Below are positions 41,736 through 52,990 of a stretch of DNA of 64,000 nucleotides, piece after piece; within the stretch, counting starts at the first letter, position 1; each line of letters begins with the position of its first letter. Origin of the DNA: Vezdaea acicularis (Eukaryota); the NCBI GenBank assembly GCA_026025075.1, contig JAPEUI010000003.1:248001-312000 (forward strand), read 5' to 3'. The position numbers were made by a program, and so were the translations under genes. The notes under the pieces were generated by a model. The model saw only the letters and a list, made by a program, of their open reading frames with translations. It ran no database searches and was not told where the DNA came from.

Positions 41736-42690
41736 ATGTCGAATCCCGCTCAGCTGTTCCTACTGGCCGACCACCTGAAACTCTCTTTGCTAGAAAGACA
41801 GCGGGCAATCACACTCGACCTCGAGCCCAATACCCAGGATGCGCAGATCGAAAGATCTCTCGCTGCGTTCAAAAATGGGCTCGAGAAGCTGAAGCACGAG
41901 CGGGAGCTGCTGGAAGAATCCCAAGACCCGTGAGTAATCGCTGACTGCCCTCCGCGTTTCACACTGTCTTCAGAGCATGGGTTTCAGCTAATCTTTGGCT
42001 GTGTGAGCGAAAAGAACGGCGACGGATTTATTAGAGCAGGAAAAGGCCTTGTATAAGCAGTATTCCCAGCTCGCTGCAAAGTTCCACGGCGAGCTGGGTT
42101 CCGAGGACAGGCCCATCCCCTCGAACACCCCCTCTCTAGCAGCCGACTTCGCCGCCGCTTCCGGCCACGCCCCACGGCCGAATATCCCCTCAAACTCGTC
42201 CTTCAAAGGCGCCAAACAGGGAACCGTCGGATCCAACAGTCCCAAATCGGTACGATTCTCCGACAACGCGCCCCGGGGCCCAACGCACGCAGGCGAGCTC
42301 CCCGACCCAAACCGAACCGCATTATTCCCGTACAAGGACGATCCGGCAGAGGAAGAGGACGCGGTGCCCGACCAGCGCGAGCTCAGCGAAGGCCAGATCC
42401 ACCAGTATCACCAACAGGTCATGGCCGAGCAGGACGAGCAGCTCGACCGGCTTGGCGAGAGTATCGGCCGGCAGAGGGAGCTCAGCATCCAGATCGGCGA
42501 CGAGTTGGACAGTCATGCCCAGCTTTTGGACGAGGTCGATGAACATGTCGATCGTCATCAGTCCCGCCTAGACGGCGCGAGGAAGAGACTGGGCACGGTG
42601 GCGCGGAAGGCGAAGGATAATAAACAGCTGACGATTATACTGGTGCTGATTGTTGTGCTGGTCTTGTTGATTATTCTGCTCAAGGGGTGA
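41736..42690 (+). CDS. SYN8: Qc-SNARE syntaxin-8 / Syn8, 2 exons
   Basis: LFLLADHLKLSLLERQRA, SNARE motif EQDEQLDRLGESIGRQRELSIQIGDELD, C-terminal TM helix. Confidence 0.88.
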
Positions 42691-45600
42691 GCGACGGGAT
42701 GGGGTGGGCTGGGAATGCGCTTGGTTTTCGTCAGTCTCATGTTTTTTGGTTCTTCTTCATCTCTATTCCTCGAGTATAACCGTCGGCATCCGTTTAGTGT
42801 AAGCTAACCATCTGTACGCGTAGGTGGTGAGGGCATTGGCGTTTGTTTTGGGATTACAATAACTTTGCTTTTGAGGCGCGGGGAGTTCTTGCCTCTTATC
42901 CGACCTAGCATAACACTATATCTCTCCTATCTACGCGGTGCATCATCGTACTCTCCTGCGATTTGGCATCAGTAACGTGCTCGATTTTCTCGCTCCAAGT
43001 CTTTGTCATATAAGTACCCACCCGCCTGCCCGAGTCCTTTCCCTACCTTCCTAGCCCTGCCGAATCCCTGCTATCATAGACACTATCCCATCCCACCCCA
43101 TTCAAACAAATAACCCCCGCACCCACCTCCCTTCCTCCCATAAAGCGCATCACACCTAACATTCCCCCAAACAGCCGAGATACTCCCTGTTATGTGCTTA
43201 CGTTCAGATAGAAATCATCACTAGTCACTCCTTCTCCGTTTCCTTTCCATCACCATCACCTTCTCCTTCCCCGGTCCCTCACCCTCCTGGTCCAAAAATC
43301 TAAGACTTACGAACACGCTATCCAACCCCAAACCCCACCTCCCCCATGCGCATGTAGGAGAGGTAGAGGTCGAGGTCGAGGTACCAGCTCGTCCCCCACT
43401 TCCATCCCTTTCTCGACATTGTTCCTCAGGTCCTGAGACTAGAGGGCTGTAGAATGTGGGATGGGAATGAGGGGAAGGGAATGAGGGGAAAAGGGGGATA
43501 GGGGTGGTCTGGTGGGTAGGAGGCTATAGGAGATGGAAATACGGAAGTCACACCCGCTGCGTCGGGACGCCCCACGTCTCCTTTTTCTAGAGTTAATGGG
43601 GGTCTCGGGGGGCGGCAGGGAAAGGGAAGGGAAGGGCGGGCTAGGGAGGTAAGTGTGAAGGGAAGTGAGATTGATGGTTTGAGCTTTATATACAAGATCT
43701 CCCCCTATACTTCGCATGTGCTCTTATGCGTGGTCCCTGTTATCCACCATTTTTCCATTTACTGGTGAAGACCCTCCTCTCGTGTATCCCTCTCCCACCA
43801 CCACCGCCACCATCACCACGATGCAATGTAAAAGGGAGAGAGAGAAGACCTCACCACCCAAACCACTGTCCAGCCTTTTCTCCCCCCCCTTCCACGCAGG
43901 ATAGACCCCCTCAACAGTGCAATTAGATGTGATCACGCTCCCACATCTCCAGCGCGCGCGCAGGGCACATACTCTACGATTTCCCCGCGGTAGTATCCTT
44001 CTGCAAATCCTGAATATCCTGTTTCGTGCTCTTGGAGGGGTCCTGCTATTGCGTATGGCATATCATCAGCCGGACAATCCCCACATCCTCAGGGAAGACA
44101 GGGATGAAGGCAACGACTTACATGTCCCCGGTCCGCATGAACAGAGGCCTCGCTATCACTCGCCAACTCCTCTTTCCGCTTCCCCTGGCCGTGCTCTTTG
44201 GCGTGTTGCAATTGGTCCTGTTTGTGGGATTCGTAGTGGGCTGCTGCGTCTTCTCTATCTGTTTCCTCCCTCGAATGTATTGGTTAGCGCATCAGCCTTC
44301 TTTACCCCTGCTGGTTTCTGCAAAGGGGGAGGGGGGAGATGGAAAGTTGGGAAGATGAAGTGAAGTAAGGGAATCCCCGAGGGGAGAAAAGTAAGGGGGT
44401 CGACTAGCAGAGGTTTGAGTTGCTACTCTGCTAGCCGCTGGGTTGATGGATGATAAAACAGCTGGACAGGGCATCCCTCACCTCGATCCGACTCCTTCAA
44501 TTGCAGCGTCCTCGCGCCACTGAAGGGTCTTCTGTCACCACTACCACCATTCCTACACCCCAACCCCGCCCTCCCAATCGTACATCCCAGTCTAACCGGC
44601 TGCCTCAAACGGAGGAGGGATGTCATGGTTGGTTGGTCGCCTTGTACGACAGTTTGTTTGGATGCGGTGGATGTGTTGAGGTGGTCGATACAATCGATGC
44701 AATCGACACAATCGAAGCTTACGGAGGTAACTTTATTAATTGTGGTGCGTTAACAATAGTTGATTTGATCAGAGGTGAGGGTTTATAAAGAATCCCATCA
44801 AGACCGTCATGGCGGATTTCCTGGGGAGGCGGTAATACCCGAGGGATGGTTGCGTCATTGTCCGCATCTCGCCATTTTTTATTTCCTCTCCGGCAACGGG
44901 GAGCTGGTAATAGCAGCAATTTAAAATGAAATCAAAAAATCCCCGGGTTTAGCTGGATTTATTCTCATTTTACCAATGCGCTCGATCGGTTGATACGGTC
45001 TTTGTAGTGTTAACAGGGATTTTCGAGCAGGAATCCAGTTTCCACTCCTGAGATGCGACTCGAAGCACGTCGTTAACGAGCCAACTTAGCTCCCATGCTG
45101 TAGTAAAAGCGTGGAGTTCCTTTAGTGAAAACACATTCCGCTACATCTTTAACTACAGTATAAGCTAGCTTTGAGGCGTTTGACTACTTCATTCATCTAT
45201 AGGTTTGGTTCTTCTATCCGAACCCTCTTCATTGCCGCCTACAGTAATCCCGCCTAATCTCGAACCTGCTACCTCTGCGGTGTCGCGGCGTTTGGAAAGT
45301 ATGGAAGCGAAAGCGAGAGCGAAAGCGAGGACAACGCCGTGATCGTGCAGGCGCTTGCGTATCTTAGAAGGGGCTCAAATCATGAATACAAATACGAATC
45401 CAAATGTGGAGACAGGTCACGAGCTCAGACTCAGCGTTCACAGTTCACGGTTTTCACAGTTTCACGAAGAGGAGCAGTAAGAAGTAGCGAGCAGGTAGGA
45501 TGGAGGAGCAGAAGAATGAACGAAGAAGCTAGAATTCACGACCCCCTACGCTCGTAGGAGAGGGAAGAGGGACAGGGGATATAGACATGAAAGAATATAT

Positions 45601-46123
45601 ACTCGAGCTGGAGCAACAAGACAAAAGGTAGAGTAGTAGCGCCGCATGAGAGAGAGAGAGAGAAGGTTTCATCCAAGCCCAGAGGTGATAGATAGCAATA
45701 TGTAGAGAAGATATGCTTTGCTTTGCAACACACCGCAAGCCCAGAAGAAGCAATTCCCGTTCCTTAATGCCCCCATACGTAGCCATTCATCGCTCCGTCC
45801 AAACCCCGCCAGAGCCAGCCTTGACATTGAAAGCGCGCCGAACGCAAAAGGGTGTAAAAACCCAAACAGAGCAAGTCAAACATGTACAGCCCAGTCCCGA
45901 ACGATGTAAAACCGCAGAACGATGAGGATGCAAGCAATTCAGTGGCAGTAAAGAAATGTAAGGCCCCATCCGAGAGTGTCATGGCAACCTTGTTTCCTTT
46001 CTTTTTCTTTTCCAGATCTCAAATCATTCGCCGCACCGACCGAATTTGGATTTTTCTTTCGCCTTGGACCCCCCCTGCTTAGAAGATGGTATATACCCAA
46101 ACTGCCTCGCGCCCCCACATAGA

Positions 46124-46198
46124 CGCACACACACACACGCACGGAACACCGCCTGACAAAAGAGATCTTTACCTTGCTGGATGGATGGATGGATGGAT
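46124..46198. repeat. Microsatellites (CA)n and (GGAT)5
   Basis: cgcacacacacacacgcac at ~46124-46142; ggatggatggatggatggat at 46179-46198. Confidence 0.8.
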
Positions 46199-46383
46199 GT
46201 AGTAGACGACATAGATGTGTAGGGGAGGCGTAAAAAGTAAAGCATCGCTTGGAAATCAGAGTTTCGCTTTCTATATGAATTCATGACCGCAGAGCTGGCT
46301 CCTGGTGTGTAGAAACATTATCGAGGGATCCAAACCGGAAGAGAGAGAGAGAATGCGTCAATGAAGTGGCCAGAAGCGACTGG

Positions 46384-46917
46384 CTAAAACGCTCGCATGG
46401 TCGCCGGGTTGACGATGGGGATCTTGGCGTTGCGAGGGCGGATAGCGGCGGGCTGGTGGATCTTCATCTGGCTCGAGGAGTTTGCGTAGCCGGGAGGGCT
46501 GTACGTATTATTGTGAGTGGGGAGGGCAAAGGCCGGTGTGACTTGAGGCGACGGCTGGATCTGGTGTTGGAGGGGAGAGGAGTCAGGCGAGCCGCTCGAC
46601 AGCGATGACCGATCGGACGAAGATGAGTGGATTGAATGCAGGTCATCGTCGGTCAGGAGACCGGGACAGAACTCGAGATCGTCGTCCAGATCAAAAGACC
46701 GGCTCGCCTCGAAGCGGGCTCGGAAAGCGGTCACCGCGGGCGGTTCGGTCAGCTCCTTCATGCTTCGCACGCCGCGAAAGGGCTTGTGGGAGTTCTGCGA
46801 AGACGAGAGCCGTGGAGTCCGTCTCGATCGGCCGCCATGGTGGTTATTGTACGAGGCTGGCGACCGGGAGCTTGCCGACGGCGGATGCTGCGCGGCGGAG
46901 GAGTAATAATAGGCCAT
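46384..46917 (-). CDS. Conserved Ser-rich fungal hypothetical protein (3' end may be spliced)
   Basis: 177-aa ORF with strong codon bias; motifs FRGVRSMKEL, FRARFEASRSFDLDDDLEFCP, KIHQPAA..IPIVNP recalled from Pezizomycotina hypothetical proteins. Confidence 0.78.
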   Translation of the reverse strand: MAYYYSSAAQHPPSASSRSPASYNNHHGGRSRRTPRLSSSQNSHKPFRGVRSMKELTEPPAVTAFRARFEASRSFDLDDDLEFCPGLLTDDDLHSIHSSSSDRSSLSSGSPDSSPLQHQIQPSPQVTPAFALPTHNNTYSPPGYANSSSQMKIHQPAAIRPRNAKIPIVNPATMRAF

Positions 46918-48674
46918 GAGCGATGTTGATTATGGATAAACGTGCGTTATGAGATGGTTGACATTCGTTGCATCAGTCTTGCTGATGATGGAAAGGCGAC
47001 GTTGCGGGTGTGAAGCAGAACGGCGAGATTGGACGAAAGGGCAGCGAGGAGGCGAAGTCAGCCGACCGGCGAGATGCGACAGAACAACAAACAACGAAAG
47101 GCAGGAAAGGGGGAGTCGAGCCTGGTCGAGTGTCGAGAAAGGATGCGATGGTATTACAGATAGAAATGTTAAGGTGGCGGTGGTTTAATAGAAGAGTCCG
47201 ATAGATCTGGTAGTGAATTGGGGAACGACGAAGGAACGAGGTTGTAATGAGAGAGTGAGGGAGAGGAAGTAGTCGAGAGTGGTGGGAGGCGGGGGGCCAG
47301 CTTGGTTTTAGGCTGGGGAGCGCCAGAGCATTTCGCAATTGGACCAGCTGCCCACACCCCCAGCGAGCGCGAGCTCATCTGAAGCAGCAGGCCGCTCGCA
47401 GCGAAAGGGCACCCGGGGGGGCGCTGGGGAGGGCACTGGCCGGGCGCCCGCCAAGATTGGCCACCCCCATCGTTCCTGCTATTCGCGGATTGGGCGCTAG
47501 ACGCATGCAGCTAGCGAGGACCAGGGTATCCGGTCGGCGGACGCGCGATGATTGGACGGCGCCGGCTTAGCGGCCTCGCTCGGCTGGCGTGTGCGAGAAA
47601 AAGGCGCAACCGTTCGCACCCCCCGGCGCCAGTGGGGGGATGATCAGGACGGTCGGGTGAGAGGGCGAGGACTGCGCTGCGGTGCCCGCGGACTGCTGGC
47701 TGCCCTGGCTGCTCTGGCTGCTTGCGTTTCGAACGGGCGCCCTCCACTTTAGCCAGCGTCTCGATGGCCGAGCCGCGGTGACGTGACGCTTCGAGAAGCT
47801 CGGTCCATGGGGAAGAAGTCGCGAGAGGAACAAAAGACCACCTCGTCACCTTCGTCTTCACCGTCCGAGTCTCCATCTGACCACCGTGACCACTGCGCGC
47901 TCTCCCTCCGATCGTCCAAGCGAAATCATCCATCGCAGAGCCGAAGCGCGCAAGCCCCACCAGCGAGCCACCACGTTCCATGCAGCGACAGGCCTCCACC
48001 CAGCCCTGATCCCGGCCGCGCTCCCCCAGGCACCAAACGACGGCAAATCGGCGGCCACCGCAGCAGCTGCTCTGAGGGTCGGCCTGGTCTGGAGTCGGTC
48101 GGGCGTCGGATGTGAGTGGATGACGGCGAGCGTGGGCGGAAGAGAGTACGGCCGATCCGGGCTGGGTCGGGGGCACTGTCGCGCGTCGTCGCACGACCGC
48201 CGCTGCTAGGGGCCAGCACCTGCAGCGCGCTTGGGCCGAGCGGGGCCACCCCAGTGACGCTCTGGGCCTGGTGCCCCTCTCCCTTTGTCCTGCATCGCCC
48301 CTCCCATTCGGCCGGCCTGACGAGGGAGAGGGAAAGGGAAAGAGCCACCGTGCCCTGCCTGCGCGCGGGCTGCAGAACCAGCCCAGTCTCCTTCCCAACG
48401 CAACTCCCTCGGCAACATCGGCGCACACCGCCTCGCCGCCGCGCCCTCTGCCCCACCTCTCCCTCCCCTCTGACTCGACCGTGGATCCCACGCCGATCCC
48501 GCATCGAGCTTATTGCACCTCGTGGAGCGCAGGAGCAGTCTCCTTCGTCCCTTCCCTCTTCGGCTGTCCTGACCGCCTGCATTGCCCATGTCCGGCGTAG
48601 TCATGGCAAAAATGCTCGATTCGATGATCGCTTCGATGGTCTTTTTTCGTCCAATAGAGGACATGGCCGGTCCG

Positions 48675-49703
48675 TCAAATCACCTGGGCAATCCCTCGGT
48701 TCTTGACGTATCGGGAGATCTGGTCCTTGCAGACCTTGTCGTTGTACTGCTCCAGAGCCTCATACAGCGAGATGATCTCCTGCATGCTGTCGATGACCGC
48801 CTCCATGTCGATGTTCGTCTGCGCCAGCCAGGTCACCATCTGCTGAGCTCTTGTTGGCGGGACCGCGCTCGGCTTGGCTCCGCTGCCATGGCTGACTGGA
48901 GCCGTGGCGGCACTAGCCGCCGCTGCAGACGTCGGAGGAAAGTGGTTCTGCTGGTTCGGCTTCAGGACGACCGCGAGAAAGGCTGCCGTGACGGCGATGA
49001 TGTGTGGCGGGTAGAGGAGGGGAAGATCGGTGAGGTAGTGGTCGTTGATGATGAACGAAGCAGTCGCTGCCTCTTCCGTCGTCATCGACAATATCTCCTT
49101 GATCTCGGCCAGAGTTCGGTACGGTTGGTGGACGATGAGCTGAGAATTCATCTCGGATATCAAACTGAACTCGCATTCCCCAAGCTTCGCAGCATCCGCA
49201 GCGTAGAGGCAGTCTGTCACACGTTCAAGATGAGCATGACATGTATGATGATGGGGCCGAAGCTGGGACATACCCGTCCAGACCTGCCGTGCTTCCGACG
49301 CAATAAATCGGATGTGTTGTGGGCATTCCTCCATCTTGCAGGCGAGATACAGTGCTGTCGCCATCACCAGATATGGATTCGTCTGCCGGATCTCGACTTT
49401 GGTGTAGAAGCGTCGAACGTAGACCTGGGCTGTCGCAATGGCCTGCTGTCGAGTCGGGATGGTCAATCTTTTCCCAAGGCGGATGATCTCTACTTGGGCC
49501 TACATATTAGTGAAAAATTCGAATATGATGAACGCTGGAGGACCTTTGTTGAAATACATGCTCAAGAGCCGACGCTCTGGGAGCGGAAACTGCTGAATAA
49601 ACTGTTTGTCTTCATCCTCGAGCTTCTGGCGGATCTCCGCCAGCTTTTCCCGTGTGAACTGCCAATGTAGGCGTTGTGTCGAGACCCAGTAGTTCGCGGC
49701 CAT
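48675..49703 (-). CDS. SSN8: Cyclin C (Mediator kinase module Ssn8/Srb11), 3 exons; introns 49490-49543 and 49214-49273
   Basis: [66 protein letters not shown]. Confidence 0.96.
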
Positions 49704-50117
49704 CGTGCAACTCTGAGAGTTTCCTGAGAGCAGTACTACATCGGGATTGAACCCTTGGCTTTTCAATGGAAGAACACCAAAGTTTTAGATTCAGGTGATT
49801 CTGCTCATGTACGAGAGAGAAGACATGTGGTGGGCCATGTTAGATCCTGCCCCACATACGAAAGTAGTTTGGCGCGCTTTTTCCCGAGCTTTCGACGTCG
49901 GTAGCGCCAAGAACGGATCAGAACCCTTAAGCTCGAATCACAGTTGCGGAGCCTCCAAGTCCCAAGCATCGCGTCCTATCTTTAGCCCAATGTCAATCTT
50001 GAATACATTGGCAATTATCACGCCTGGCTTCGAGCAAGGCATCTCTCAATCTTTTCACAACCCTCAAAATCGCCAATCATGAATTAGGATAGAGCCTGCG
50101 CTTCGCTCACGGACAAG

Positions 50118-52270
50118 ATGGAGAGCGAATCGCAGAATGCCCGTGATGCACGGGTGGAACGGCTGTGGCGGATCTTGGATACGAAGAGTGAAGGAGCGTT
50201 GGATCTGAATGGGTTGAAGAGGGGTCTAAAGAAAATGGACCATCGTAAGCCAACCTGTACCCAGTCCAGACCAGGGCTGACCGCGCTTGTGATAGCTCTC
50301 AAGAATGCCGATCCGCTACTGCGAGACATCTTGAAGGTCGTTGATACGAACGGCGATGGTAGGATCCAATATGAAGGTACCCAATCTACCACGAACAGAT
50401 GGCTCTTTAGCATCTTTCATCCCTCGCGTATAGAGGGACTCATACAAATCTAATGTGCCGTAGAGTTCCGAGTCTTCGTTGAAGAGACAGAAAAGGAGCT
50501 TCTTACCTTATTCAACAGCATAGATCGTGACAACAACGGCAAATTGGACAAGGAAGAGCTGCAGACAGCGTTCTCTAGAGCAGGTCTAAGCGTACCGAAT
50601 TCGAAACTCGATCAATTCTTCGACGAAGTCGATACCAATCACGATGGAGTGATCAGCTTCGACGAGTGGCGGTAAGTCCTTTCCATCTCTGCGATCATAG
50701 CCTCAAGATAGCGCCAATTAATTATGGTATTTTAGAAACTTCCTACTGTTCATCCCCTCCCACACGCCTGGCCTAAAAGCGGTCATGTCCTACTACTCAT
50801 CGACAGTCACTTTGAATCCAGAAGGGGATGTCGCAATCAGCGACGAAAGGCTTCGTGGACTAGGTAGAATCCCAAAGTCTCCTACAACGTTTATTGGCGT
50901 CCTTATGGGTATGGGGTCGAATCGACGTGCGCTGTCAGTCCCAACGAGCAAACGCAAGCGCTCTGTCACGTATTCAGAGCAACCAGTCCCGTTCGAGACT
51001 CACCCACAGCCCGGACACGAGATAGATGACCCAACCAAAGCGCCCTGGCCCGAAGAGCCGCCAGACTCCGACATGACTGACGTCGCTCCCTTTATACGCG
51101 CCATTGAGACTATGGATGAATCTGATGCCAACGAAGCAGAGCTGACTCTTGTGGTGAGTCCAGGCTACTTTCTGGCCGGTGGTATAGCGGGAGTCATATC
51201 TCGCACGGCCACGGCGCCCCTCGACCGACTGAAAGTATACTTGATCGCCCAAACGGGCGTACCGACCTCGGAATCCCTCCTACGTGCTGCGAAAAGCGGT
51301 ACCGCTACAGTCGTCGCAAAGGAAGTCGGTCGGCCGTTGATAGAAGCAACGAAAGCGCTATGGAGGGCCGGCGGCATTCGGAGTATGTTCGCAGGTATGC
51401 ATAACTGTCACAGTTGATCCCCTCCTGTTTGGGTACTAACCCTCTAGGCAACGGCCTCAACGTAATAAAAGTGATGCCCGAGTCCGCCATCAAGTTCGGC
51501 TCCTTCGAGGCGTCCAAACGGCTCCTCGCTAAGCTAGAAGGCCACAACGACCCCAAAGTCATCCATCCGACGTCGAAGTTCCTTGCCGGCGGCGTCGGTG
51601 GCATCGTCGCCCAGTTCTGCGTCTACCCGCTCGACACGCTCAAATTCCGCATGCAGTGCGAGACCATCGAGGGCGGCGCACACGGCAACGCCCTCATCAA
51701 ACAGACCTTCGCCAAGATGTGGTCCGCCCAGGGCATCCGCTCCTTCTACCGCGGCCTGCCCATGGGCCTCGTCGGCATGTTTCCCTACTCCGCCATCGAC
51801 CTCGGCACCTTCGAATACCTCAAGCGCGCCGTCGCCAGCCGCAACGCGAAGAAGATGGGCTGTCACGAGCAAGATGCCATGCCCGGCAACTTCATGACGG
51901 CCATGATTGGCGGCGTCAGCGGCAGTGTCGGCGCTAGTATGGTTTATCCCCTCAACCTCCTCCGGACGCGCTTGCAGAGCCAGGGCACGGCGATCCATCC
52001 GCCGACGTATACGGGTATGTGGGACGTGACTACTAGGACGATCACGAATGAAGGCTTTCAAGGCCTGTTTCGCGGCCTCACCCCAAACCTACTCAAGGTT
52101 GCTCCCGCCATGAGTATCGTGAGTTGATCCTCCCTCCCTCCCTCCTCCCTCCCTCCCTTCTCCTCCATTGCCTCCACACCCCTCATCTGGGCTTCCAGAC
52201 AAATGCTAACTCGTGCCCAAAGTCCTACGTCGTCTACGAAAACTCGAAAAAGCTATTTGGCCTCAAGTAA
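50118..52270 (+). CDS. SAL1: Ca2+-binding mitochondrial ATP-Mg/Pi carrier (EF-hands + SLC25 domain), multi-exon
   Basis: EF-hands DTNGDGRIQYEE, DRDNNGKLDKEE, DTNHDGVISFDE; carrier signatures PLDRLKV, PLDTLKF, PLNLLRT; ends SYVVYENSKKLFGLK*. Confidence 0.94.
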
Positions 52271-52990
52271 TCCGGGCGGAGCCGAGAAGTGATTAGCGCT
52301 GATCTAATTACCCCCCTTTCCCTGAGACTTCTGGGTTTTCTCTTCGCTGTACATATGCCTGCGTTTCTTGCATGGGGACACTCAGACGGAGCATCGGCGC
52401 TATGGGATATGGCGTTTTCGCGTCTTGATGGGACATATCCGGGATCGGTCTTGTTTTCTTAAAGCGATAAACAATGGAAAAAGGACTTCATGATTCAAAT
52501 TGGCGGTGCGTTTTTTCGCACTACTGTGTAGTAAGCTCCATACCCCTAGAACTCGTTCATCGTGCTCTTTTTGGTGATAAGTGGATTTGCGTGATGGCAC
52601 AGCTTGAGATGTTTGGTGTTGACGCTTTTTGGAACAAGCGTCCAACGTCTGCGCCGCCACGGCGGGAGAAAGGACTGAGAAACGGCGCTGTGATCTGAGA
52701 TAAGGATCTTCGATTCTACGTGGCGAAATGGGACAGTCTTGATGCAACCAGAAATCACGTGGTAGGGAGGAGCATTCGACTGAAGTTCCTTGCTACAGTG
52801 CGACCACAAGAGAAGGCGCCATATATTCACAACCATCCCCCCCCCCTGACTTTCCTTACCAGCGTCCTATGTTCGTAACCATCACACACGCTCAATACAC
52901 CGACTCACGAGACGGCTCTAAACACGTCACTGTCAATAGATCACAGCTTCCGCACGTATAGACACCCGAGCAGCTTCACAGAAAGCAAGT

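Noticed and set aside
47511..48706. Several long overlapping ORFs (326, 218, 196, 152 aa)
   Set aside because: Arg/Gly/Ala/Pro-rich products in multiple frames, expected from stop-poor high-GC non-coding DNA; no recognisable motifs
48582..49670. 362-aa plus-strand ORF
   Set aside because: Antisense shadow of GC3-rich SSN8
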